Part shown: positions 1-12,000 of the stretch, piece after piece | Position numbering within the stretch: position 1 is the stretch's first letter | How the letters are laid out: each line of letters opens with the position of its first letter | From: the human T2T-CHM13v2.0 reference genome, Homo sapiens | Length of the DNA stretch: 64,000 bases | Reading direction: 5' to 3' (one strand) | Assembly (NCBI RefSeq): GCF_009914755.1 | Contig: NC_060933.1 | The notes under the pieces: model-generated | Databases searched by the model: none | What the model saw: the letters and a program-made list of their open reading frames with translations, nothing else | What the model was told of the DNA's origin: nothing | Position numbers and translations under genes: made by a program

Positions 1-13
1 ATAGCTTTGAAGG

Positions 14-30
14 TTTCGTTGGAAACGGGA
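14..30 (+). promoter_or_regulatory. Canonical CENP-B box (example; normally present in X and Z monomers, every ~340 bp within the 4-mers)
   Basis: TTTCGTTGGAAACGGGA matches the consensus YTTCGTTGGAARCGGGA exactly. Confidence 0.97.
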
Positions 31-355
31 ATATCTTCATATAAAATCAAGACAGAAGCATTCTCAGAAACTTCTCTGTGATGTTTGCATTCAACTCATA
101 GAGTTGAACACTTCCCTTCATACAGCAGGTTTGAAACACTCTTTTTCTAATATTTGGAAGTGGACATTTGCAGCGCTTTGAGGCCTACGTTGAAAAAGGA
201 AATATCTTCTCCTAAAAACCAGACAGAAGCATTCTCAGAAACTTCCTTGTGATGTGTGTACTCAAGTAACAGAGTTGAACCTTCCTTTTGACAGAACAGT
301 TTTGAAGCACTCTTTTTGTAGAATCTGCAAGTGGATATTTTGATACCTTTGAGGA

Positions 356-372
356 TTTCGTTGGACACGGGA
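356..372 (+). promoter_or_regulatory. Variant CENP-B box of monomer P (core intact)
   Basis: TTTCGTTGGACACGGGA keeps the nine core positions NTTCGNNNNANNCGGGN. It recurs in most 7-mers. Confidence 0.85.
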
Positions 373-525
373 TATCTTCATATAAAATCTAGACAGAAGC
401 ATTCTCAGAAACTTCTTTGTGCTGTATGTCCTCAATTAACAGAGTTGAACCTTTGTGTGGATACAGCATTTTGGAAACATTCCTTTAGTAGAATCTGCAA
501 GTTGATATTTAGATAGCTAGGAAGA

Positions 526-542
526 TTTCCTTGGAAACGGGA
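526..542 (+). other. Degenerate CENP-B box of monomer Q (predicted non-binding)
   Basis: TTTCCTTGGAAACGGGA: the core TTCG is changed to TTCC in the Q copies I read. Confidence 0.85.
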
Positions 543-741
543 ATATCTTCATATAAAATCTAGACGGAAGCATTCTCAGAAAGTGCTTTGTGATGTTTGC
601 ATTCAAGTCACAGAGTTGAATATTCCCTTTTATAGAGCAGGTTTGAAACACTCTTTCTGCACTACCTGGAAGTGGACATTTGGAGCGCTTTGAGGCCTAT
701 GTTGAAAAAGGAAATATCTTCCCATAAAAACTAGACAGAAA

Positions 742-3700
742 CATTCTCAGAAACTTGTTTGTGATGTGTGTATTCAACTAACAGAGATGAACCTTTCTTT
801 TTACAGAGCAGTTTTGAAACACTCTTTTTGTGGAATCTGAAAGTGGATATTTGGATAGCTTTGAGGATTTCGTTGGAAACGGGATTACATATAAAATCTA
901 GAGAGAAGCATTCTCAGGAACGTCTTTGTGATGTTTGCATTCACGTCACAGAACTGAACATTCCCTTTCATAGAGCATGTTTGAAACACTCTTTCTGTAG
1001 TATCTGCAAACGGACATTTCAAACGCTTTCAGGCCTATGGTGAGAAAGGAAATATCTTCAAATAAAAACTAGACAGAAGCATTCTCAGAAACTTATTTGC
1101 GATGTGTGTCCTCAACTAACAGAGTTGAACCTTTCTTTTGATACAACATTTTGGAACCACTCTTTTTGTAGAATCTGCAAGTGGATATTTGGATAGCTTT
1201 GAAGGTTTCGTTGGAAACGGGAATATCTTCATATAAAATCAAGACAGAAGCATTCTCAGAAACTTCTCTGTGATGTTTGCATTCAACTCATAGAGTTGAA
1301 CACTTCCCTTCATACAGCAGGTTTGAAACACTCTTTTTGTAATATTTGGAAGTGGACATTTGCAGCGCTTTGAGGCCTATGATGAAAAAGGAAATATCTT
1401 CCCATAAAAACTAGACAGAAGCATTCTCAGAAACTTGTTTGTGATGTGTGTATTCAACTAACAGAGATGAACCTTTCTTTTTACAGAGCAGTTTTGAAAC
1501 ACTCTTTTTGTGGAATCTGAAAGTGGATATTTGGATAGCTTTGCGGATTTCGTTGGAAACGGGATTACATATAAAATCTAGAGAGAAGCATTCTCAGGAA
1601 CTTCTTTGTGATGTTTGCATTCACGTCACAGAACTGAACATTCCCTTTCATAGAGCATGTTTGAAACAGTCTTTCTGTAGTATCTGCAAACGGACATTTC
1701 AAACGCTTTCAGGCCTATGGTGAGAAAGGAAATATCTTCAAATAAAAACTAGACAGAAGCATTCTCAGAAACTTATTTGCGATGTGTGTCCTCAACTAAC
1801 AGAGTTGAACCTTTCTTTTGATACAACATTTTGGAACCACTCTTTTTGTAGAATCTGCAAGTGGATATTTGGATAGCTTTGAAGGTTTCGTTGGAAACGG
1901 GAATATCTTCATATAAAATCAAGACAGAAGCATTCTCAGAAACTTCTCTGTGATGTTTGCATTCAACTCATAGAGTTGAACACTTCCCTTCATACAGCAG
2001 GTTTGAAACACTCTTTTTGTAATATTTGGAAGTGGACATTTGCAGCGCTTTGAGGCCTATGATGAAAAAGGAAATATCTTCCCATAAAAACTAGACAGAA
2101 GCATTCTCAGAAACTTGTTTGTGATGTGTGTATTCAACTAACAGAGATGAACCTTTCTTTTTACAGAGCAGTTTTGAAACACTCTTTTTGTGGAATCTGA
2201 AAGTGGATATTTGGATAGCTTTGCGGATTTCGTTGGAAACGGGATTACATATAAAATCTAGAGAGAAGCATTCTCAGGAACTTCTTTGTGATGTTTGCAT
2301 TCACGTCACAGAACTGAACATTCCCTTTCATAGAGCATGTTTGAAACACTCTTTCTGTAGTATCTGCAAACGGACATTTCAAACGCTTTCAGGCCTATGG
2401 TGAGAAAGGAAATATCTTCAAATAAAAACTAGACAGAAGCATTCTCAGAAACTTATTTGCGATGTGTGTCCTCAACTAACAGAGTTGAACCTTTCTTTTG
2501 ATACAACATTTTGGAACCACTCTTTTTGTAGAATCTGCAAGTGGATATTTGGATAGCTTTGAAGGTTTCGTTGGAAACGGGAATATCTTCATATAAAATC
2601 AAGACAGAAGCATTCTCAGAAACTTCTCTGTGATGTTTGCATTCAACTCATAGAGTTGAACACTTCCCTTCATACAGCAGGTTTGAAACACTCTTTTTGT
2701 AATATTTGGAAGTGGACATTTGCAGCGCTTTGAGGCCTATGATGAAAAAGGAAATATCTTCCCATAAAAACTAGACAGAAGCATTCTCAGAAACTTGTTT
2801 GTGATGTGTGTATTCAACTAACAGAGATGAACCTTTCTTTTTACAGAGCAGCTTTGAAACACTCTTTTTGTGGAATCTGAAAGTGGATATTTGGATAGCT
2901 TTGAGGATTTCGTTGGAAACGGGATTACATATAAAACCTAGAGAGAAGCATTCTCAGGAACTTCTTTGTGATGTTTGCATTCAAGTCACAGAACTGAACA
3001 TTCCCTTTCATAGAGCAGGTTTGAAACACTCTTTCTGTAGTATCTGCAAGCTGACGTTTCAAGCGCTTTCAGGCCTATGGTGAGAAAGGAAATATCTTCA
3101 AGTAAAAACTAGACAGAAGCATTCTCAGAAACTTATTTGCCATGTGTGTTCTCAACTAACAGAGTTGAACCTTTGTTTTGATGCGGCATTTTGGAAACAC
3201 TCTTTTTGTAGAATCTGCAGGTGGATATTCGGATAGCTTTGAAGGTTTCGTTGGAAACGGGAATATCTTCATATAAAATCTAGACGGAAGCATTCTCAGA
3301 AACTGCTTTGTGATGTTTTCATTCAAGTCACAGAGTAGAATGTTCCCTGTTATATACCAGGTTTGAGACACTCTTTCTGCACTACCTGGAAGTGGACGTT
3401 TGGAGCGCTTTGAGGCCTATGTTGAAAAAGGAAATATCTTCCCATAAAAACTAGACAGAAGCATTCTCAGAAACTTGTTTGTGATGTGTGTATTCAACTA
3501 ACAGAGATGAACCTTTCTTTTTACAGAGCAGTTTTGAAACACTCTTTTTGTGGAATCTGAAAGTGGATATTTGGATAGCTTTGAGGATTTCGTTGGAAAC
3601 GGGATTACATATAAAATCTAGAGAGAAGCATTCTCAGGAACTTCTTTGTTATGTTTGCATTCACGTCACAGAACTGAACATTCCCTTTCATAGAGCATGT

Positions 3701-4821
3701 TTGAAACACTCTTTCTGTAGTATCTGCAAACGGACATTTCAAACGCTTTCAGGCCTATGGTGAGAAAGGAAATATCTTCAAATAAAAACTAGACAGAAGC
3801 ATTCTCAGAAACTTATTTGCGATGTGTGTCCTCAACTAACAGAGTTGAACCTTTCTTTTGATACAACATTTTGGAACCACTCTTTTTGTAGAATCTGCAA
3901 GTGGATATTTGGATAGCTTTGAAGGTTTCGTTGGAAACGGGAATATCTTCATATAAAATCAAGACAGAAGCATTCTCAGAAACTTCTCTGTGATGTTTGT
4001 ATTCAACTCATAGAGTTGAACACTTCCCTTCATACAGCAGGTTTGAAACACTCTTTTTGTAATATTTGGAAGTGGACATTTGCAGCACTTTGAGGCCTAT
4101 GATGAAAAAGGAAATATCTTCCCATAAAAACTAGACAGAAGCATTCTCAGAAACTTGTTTGTGATGTGTGTATTCAACTAACAGAGATGAACCTTTCTTT
4201 TTACAGAGCAGTTTTGAAACACTCTTTTTGTGGAATCTGAAAGTGGATATTTGGATAGCTTTGAGGATTTCGTTGGAAACGGGATTACATATAAAATCTA
4301 GAGAGAAGCATTCTCAGGAACTTCTTTGTTATGTTTGCATTCACGTCACAGAACTGAACATTCCCTTTCATAGAGCATGTTTGAAACACTCTTTCTGTAG
4401 TATCTGCAAACGGACATTTCAAACGCTTTCAGGCCTATGGTGAGAAAGGAAATATCTTCAAATAAAAACTAGACAGAAGCATTCTCAGAAACTTATTTGC
4501 GATGTGTGTCCTCAACTAACAGAGTTGAACCTTTCTTTTGATACAACATTTTGGAACCACTCTTTTTGTAGAATCTGCAAGTGGATATTTGGATAGCTTT
4601 GAAGGTTTCGTTGGAAACGGGAATATCTTCATATAAAATCAAGACAGAAGCATTCTCAGAAACTTCTCTGTGATGTTTGTATTCAACTCATAGAGTTGAA
4701 CACTTCCCTTCATACAGCAGGTTTGAAACACTCTTTTTGTAATATTTGGAAGTGGACATTTGCAGCACTTTGAGGCCTATGATGAAAAAGGAAATATCTT
4801 CCCATAAAAACTAGACAGAAG
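742..4821 (+). repeat. Run of six consecutive 680-bp 4-mer units (order b,b,b,a,b,b)
   Basis: X monomers start at 742, 1422, 2102, 2782, 3462 and 4142. Type b carries 'tcacgtc' and 'aaacggacat'; type a carries 'aaaaccta', 'gctgacg' and 'gccatg'. Confidence 0.92.
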
Positions 4822-6013
4822 CATTCTCAGAAACTTGTTTGTGATGTGTGTATTCAACTAACAGAGATGAACCTTTCTTTTTACAGAGCAGTTTTGAAAC
4901 ACTCTTTTTGTGGAATCTGAAAGTGGATATTTGGATAGCTTTGCGGATTTCGTTGGAAACGGGATTACATATAAAATCTAGGGAGAAGCATTCTCAGGAA
5001 CTTCTTTGTGATGTTTGCGTTCAAGTCACAGAACTGAACATTCCCTTTCATAGAGCAGGTTTGAAACACTCTTTCTGTAGTATCTGCAAGCGGACGTTTC
5101 AAGCGCTTTCAGGCCTGTGGTGAAAAAGGAAATATCTTCAAATAAAAACTAGACAGAAGCATTCTCAGAAACTTATTTGCGATGTGTGTTCTCAACTAAA
5201 AGAGTTGAACCTTTGTTTGGATACAGCACTTAGGAAACACTCTTTTTGTAGAATCTGCAAGTGGATATTTGGATAGCTTTGAAGGTTTCGTTGGAAACGG
5301 GAATATCTTCATATAAAATCAAGACAGAAGCATTCTCAGAAACTTCTCTGTGATGTTTGCATTCAACTCATAGAGTTGAACACTTCCCTTCATACAGCAG
5401 GTTTGAAACACTCTTTTTCTAATATTTGGAAGTGGACATTTGCAGCGCTTTGAGGCCTATGTTGAAAAAGGAAATATCTTCTCCTAAAAACCAGACAGAA
5501 GCATTCTCAGAAACTTCCTTGTGATGTGTGTACTCAAGTAACAGAGTTGAACCTTCCTTTTGACAGAGCAGTTTTGAAGCACTCTTTTTGTAGAATCTGC
5601 AAGTGGATATTTTGATACCTTTGAGGATTTCGTTGGACACGGGATATCTTCATATAAAATCTAGACAGAAGCATTCTCAGAAACTTCTTTGTGCTGTATG
5701 TCCTCAATTAACAGAGTTGAACCTTTGTGTGGATACAGCATTTTGGAAACATTCCTTTAGTAGAATCTGCAAGTTGATATTCAGATAGCTAGGAAGATTT
5801 CCTTGGAAACGGGAATATCTTCATATAAAATCTAGACGGAAGCATTCTCAGAAAGTGCTTTGTGATGTTTGCATTCAAGTCACAGAGTTGAATATTCCCT
5901 TTAATAGAGCAGGTTTGAAACACTGTTTCTGCACTACCTGGAAGTGGACATTTGGAGCGCTTTGAGGCCTATGTTGAAAAAGGAAATATCTTCCCATAAA
6001 AACTAGACAGAAG
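2782..6013 (+). repeat. 19-monomer HOR copy (a+b+b+7-mer, ~3231 bp)
   Basis: Spacing between successive a-type units (2782 to ~6013) equals 4+4+4+7 monomers. Confidence 0.8.
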
Positions 6014-9000
6014 CATTCTCAGAAACTTGTTTGTGATGTGTGTATTCAACTAACAGAGATGAACCTTTCTTTTTACAGAGCAGTTTTGAAACACTATTTT
6101 GTGGAATCTGAAAGTGGATATTTGGATAGCTTTGAGGATTTCGTTGGAAACGGGATTACATATAAAACCTAGAGAGAAGCATTCTCAGGAACTTCTTTGT
6201 GATGTTTGCATTCAAGTCACAGAACTGAACATTCCCTTTCATAGAGCAGGTTTGAAACACTCTTTCTGTAGTATCTGCAAGCTGACGTTTCAAGCGCTTT
6301 CAGGCCTATGGTGAGAAAGGAAATATCTTCAAGTAAAAACTAGACAGAAGCATTCTCAGAAACTTATTTGCCATGTGTGTTCTCAACTAACAGAGTTGAA
6401 CCTTTGTTTTGATGCGGCATTTTGGAAACACTCTTTTTGTAGAATCTGCAGGTGGATATTCGGATAGCTTTGAAGGTTTCGTTGGAAACTGGAATATCTT
6501 CATATAAAATCTAGACGGAAGCATTCTCAGAAACTGCTTTGTGATGTTTTCATTCAAGTCACAGAGTAGAATGTTCCCTGTTATATACCAGGTTTGAGAC
6601 ACTCTTTCTGCACTACCTGGAAGTGGACGTTTGGAGCGCTTTGAGGCCTTTGTTGAAAAAGGAAATATCTTCCCATAAAAACTAGACAGAAGCATTCTCA
6701 GAAACTGCTTTCTGATGTGTGTATTCAACTAACAGAGATGAACCTTTCTTTTTACAGAGCAGTTTTGAAACACTCTTTTTGTGGAATCTGAAAGTGGATA
6801 TTTGGATAGCTTTGAGGATTTCGTTGGAAACGGGATTACATATAAAATCTAGAGAGAAGCATTCTCAGGAACTTCTTTGTGATGTTTGCATTCACGTCAC
6901 AGAACTGAACATTCCCTTTCATAGAGCATGTTTGAAACACTCTTTCTGTAGTATCTGCAAACGGACATTTCAAACGCTTTCAGGCCTATGGTGAGAAAGG
7001 AAATATCTTCAAATAAAAACTAGACAGAAGCATTCTCAGAAACTTATTTGCGATGTGTGTCCTCAACTAACAGAGTTGAACCTTTCTTTTGATACAACAT
7101 TTTGGAACCACTCTTTTTCTAGAATCTGCAAGTGGATATTTGGATAGTTTTGAAGGTTTCGTTGGAAACGGGAATATCTTCATATAAAATCAAGACAGAA
7201 GCATTCTCAGAAACTTCTCTGTGATGTTTGCGTTCAACTCATAGAGTTGAACACTTCCCTTCATACAGCAGGTTTGAAACACTCTTTTTGTAATATTTGG
7301 AAGTGGACATTTGCAGCGCTTTGAGGCCTATGATGAAAAAGGAAATATCTTCCCATAAAAACTAGACAGAAGCATTCTCAGAAACTTGTTTGTGATGTGT
7401 GTATTCAACTAACAGAGATGAACCTTTCTTTTTACAGAGCAGTTTTGAAACACTCTTTTTGTGGAATCTGAAAGTGGATATTTGGATAGCTTTGCGGATT
7501 TCGTTGGAAACGGGATTACATATAAAATCTAGGGAGAAGCATTCTCAGGAACTTCTTTGTGATGTTTGCGTTCAAGTCACAGAACTGAACATTCCCTTTC
7601 ATAGAGCAGGTTTGAAACACTCTTTCTGTAGTATCTGCAAGCGGACGTTTGAAGCGCTTTCAGGCCTGTGGTGAAAAAGGAAATATCTTCAAATAAAAAC
7701 TAGACAGAAGCATTCTCAGAAACTTATTTGCGATGTGTGTTCCCAACTAAAAGAGTTGAACCTTTGTTTGGATACAGCACTTTGGAAACACTCTTTTTGT
7801 AGAATCTGCAAGTGGATATTTGGATAGCTTTGAAGGTTTCGTTGGAAACGGGAATATCTTCATATAAAATCAAGACAGAAGCATTCTCAGAAACTTCTCT
7901 GTGATGTTTGCATTCAACTCAAAGAGTTGAACACTTCCCTTCATACAGCAGGTTTGAAATACTCTTTTTCTAATATTTGGAAGTGGACATTTGCAGCGCT
8001 TTGAGGCCTATGTTGAAAAAGGAAATATCTTCTCCTAAAAACCAGACAGAAGCATTCTCAGAAACTTCCTTGTGATGTGTGTACTCAAGTAACAGAGTTG
8101 AACCTTCCTTTTGACAGAGCAGTTTTGAAGCACTCTTTTTGTAGAATCTGCAAGTGGATATTTTGATACCTTTGAGGATTTCGTTGGACACGGGATATCT
8201 TCATATAAAATCTAGACAGAAGCATTCTCAGAAACTTCTTAGTGCTGTATGTCCTCAATTAACAGAGTTGAACCTTTGTGTGGATACAGCATTTTGGAAA
8301 CATTCCTTTAGTAGAATCTGCAAGTTGATATTTAGATAGCTAGGAAGATTTCCTTGGAAACGGGAATATCTTCATATAAAATCTAGACGGAAGCATTCTC
8401 AGAAAGTGCTTTGTGATGTTTGCATTCAAGTCACAGAGTTGAATATTCCCTTTAATAGAGCAGGTTTGAAACACTCTTTCTGCACTACCTGGAAGTGGAC
8501 ATTTGGAGCGCTTTGAGGCCTATGTTGAAAAAGGAAATATCTTCCCATAAAAACTAGACAGAAGCATTCTCAGAAACTTGTTTGTGATGTGTGTATTCAA
8601 CTAACAGAGATGAACCTTTCTTTTTACAGAGGAGTTTTGAAACACTCTTTTTGTGGAATCTGAAAGTGGATATTTGGATAGCTTTGAGGATTTCGTTGGA
8701 AACGGGATTACATATAAAACCTAGAGAGAAGCATTCTCGGGAACTTCTTTGTGATGTTTGCATTCAAGTCACAGAACTGAACATTCCCTTTCATAGAGCA
8801 GGTTTGAAACACTCTTTCTGTAGTATCTGCAAGCTGACGTTTCAAGCGCTTTCAGGCCTATGGTGAGAAAGGAAATATCTTCAAGTAAAAACTAGACAGA
8901 AGCATTCTCAGAAACTTATTTGCCATGTGTGTTCTCAACTAACAGAGTTGAACCTTTGTTTTGATGCGGCATTTTGGAAACACTCTTTTTGTAGAATCTG

Positions 9001-12000
9001 CAGGTGTATATTTGGATAGCTTTGAAGGTTTCGTTGGAAACGGGAATATCTTCATATAAAATCTAGACGGAAGCATTCTCAGAAACTGCTTTGTGATGTT
9101 TTCATTCAAGTCACAGAGTAGAATGTTCCCTGTTATATACCAGGTTTGAGACACTCTTTCTGCACTACCTGGAAGTGGACGTTTGGAGCGCTTTGAGGCC
9201 TTTGATGAAAAAGGAAATATCTTCCCATAAAAACTAGACAGAAGCATTCTCAGAAACTTGTTTGTGATGTGTGTATTCAACTAACAGAGATGAACCTTTC
9301 TTTTTACAGAGCAGTTTTGAAACACTCTTTTTGTGGAATCTGAAAGTGGATATTTGGATAGCTTTGAGGATTTCGTTGGAAACGGGATTACATATAAAAT
9401 CTAGAGAGAAGCATTCTCAGGAACTTCTTTGTGATGTTTGCATTCACGTCACAGAACTGAACATTCCCTTTCATAGAGCATGTTTGAAACACTCTTTCTG
9501 TAGTATCTGCAAACGGACATTTCAAACGCTTTCAGGCCTATGGTGAGAAAGGAAATATCTTCAAATAAAAACTAGACAGAAGCATTCTCAGAAACTTATT
9601 TGTGATGTGTGTCCTCAACTAACAGAGTTGAACCTTTCTTTTGATACAACATTTTGGAACCACTCTTTTTGTAGAATCTGCAAGTGGATATTTGGATAGC
9701 TTTGAAGGTTTCGTTGGAAACGGGAATATCTTCATATAAAATCAAGACAGAAGCATTCTCAGAAACTTCTCTGTGATGTTTGCATTCAACTCATAGAGTT
9801 GAACACTTCCCTTCATACAGCAGGTTTGAAACACTCTTTTTGTAATATTTGGAAGTGGACATTTGCAGCGCTTTGAGGCCTATGATGAAAAAGGAAATAT
9901 CTTCCCATAAAAACTAGACAGAAGCATTCTCAGAAACTTGTTTGTGATGTGTGTATTCAACTAACAGAGATGAACCTTTCTTTTTACAGAGCAGTTTTGA
10001 AACACTCTTTTTGTGGAATCTGAAAGTGGATATTTGGATAGCTTTGCGGATTTCGTTGGAAACTGGATTACATATAAAATCTAGGGAGAAGCATTCTCAG
10101 GAACTTCTTTGTGATGTTTGCGTTCAAGTCACAGAACTGAACATTCCCTTTCATAGAGCAGGTTTGAAACACTCTTTCTGTAGTATCTGCAAGCGGACGT
10201 TTGAAGCGCTTTCAGGCCTGTGGTGAAAAAGGAAATATCTTCAAATAAAAACTAGACAGAAGCATTCTCAGAAACTTATTTGCGATGTGTGTTCTCAACT
10301 AAAAGAGTTGAACCTTTGTTTGGATACAGCATTTTGGAAACACTCTTTTTGTAGAATCTGCAAGTGGATATTTGGATAGCTTTGAAGGTTTCGTTGGAAA
10401 CGGGAATATCTTCATATAAAATCAAGACAGAAGCATTCTCAGAAACTTCTCTGTGATGTTTGCATTCAACTCATAGAGTTGAACCCTTCCCTTCATACAG
10501 CAGGTTTGAAACACTCTTTTTCTAATATTTGGAAGTGGACATTTGCAGCGCTTTGAGGCCTATGTTGAAAAAGGAAATATCTTCTCCTAAAAACCAGACA
10601 GAAGCATTGTCAGAAACTTCCTTGTGATGTGTGTACTCAAGTTACAGAGTTGAACCTTCCTTTTGACAGAGCAGTTTTGAAGCACTCTTTTTGTAGAATC
10701 TGCAAGTGGATATTTTGATACCTTTGAGGATTTCGTTGGACACGGGATATCTTCATATAAAATCTAGACAGAAGGATTCTCAGAAACTTCTTTGTGCTGT
10801 ATGTCCTCAATTAACAGAGTTGAACCTTTGTGTGGATACAGCATTTTGGAAACATTCCTTTAGTAGAATCTGCAAGTTGATATTTAGATAGCTAGGAAGA
10901 TTTCCTTGGAAACGGGAATATCTTCATATAAAATCTAGACGGAAGCATTCTCAGAAAGTGCTTTGTGATGTTTGCATTCAAGTCACAGAGTTGAATATTC
11001 CCTTTTATAGAGCAGGTTTGAAACACTCTTTCTGCACTATCTGGAAGTGGACATTTGCAGCGCTTTGAGGCCTATGTTGAAAAAGGAAATATCTTCCCAT
11101 AGAAAATAGACAGAAGCATTCTCAGAAACTTGTTTGTGATGTGTGTATTCAACTAACAGAGATGAACCTTTCTTTTTACAGAGCAGTTTTGAAACACTCT
11201 TTTTGTGGAATCTGAAAGTGGATATTTGGATAGCTTTGAGGATTTCGTTGGAAACGGGATTACATATAAAACCTAGAGAGAAGCATTCTCAGGAACTTCT
11301 TTGTGATGTTTGCATTCAAGTCACAGAACTGAACATTCCCTTTCATAGAGCAGGTTTGAAACACTCTTTCTGTAGTATCTGCAAGCTGACGTTTCAAGCG
11401 CTTTCAGGCCTATGGTGAGAAAGGAAATATCTTCAAGTAAAAACTAGACAGAAGCATTCTCAGAAACTTATTTGCCATGTGTGTTCTCAACTAACAGAGT
11501 TGAACCTTTGTTTTGATACGGCATTTTGGAAACACTCTTTTTGTAGAATCTGCAGGTGGATATTCGGATAGCTTTGAAGGTTTCGTTGGAAACGGGAATA
11601 TCTTCATATAAAATCTAGACGGAAGCATTCTCAGAAACTGCTTTGTGATGTTTTCATTCAAGTCACAGAGTAGAATGTTCCCTGTTATATACCAGGTTTG
11701 AGACACTCTTTCTGCACTACCTGGAAGTGGACGTTTGGAGCGCTTTGAGGCCTATGTTGAAAAAGGAAATATCTTCCCATAAAAACTAGACAGAAGCATT
11801 CTCAGAAACTTGTTTGTGATGTGTGTATTCAACTAACAGAGATGAACCTTTCTTTTTACAGAGCAGTTTTGAAACACTCTTTTTGTGGAATCTGAAAGTG
11901 GATATTTGGATAGCTTGGAGGATTTCGTTGGAAACGGGATTACATATAAAACCTAGAGAGAAGCATTCTCAGGAACTTCTTTGTGATGTTTGCATTCAAG

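Noticed and set aside
57-72. Short dyad 'ttctcagaa' and nearby palindromes as terminators or hairpin RNA
   Set aside because: These are ordinary conserved alpha-satellite features that are too short, with no transcription unit evident.
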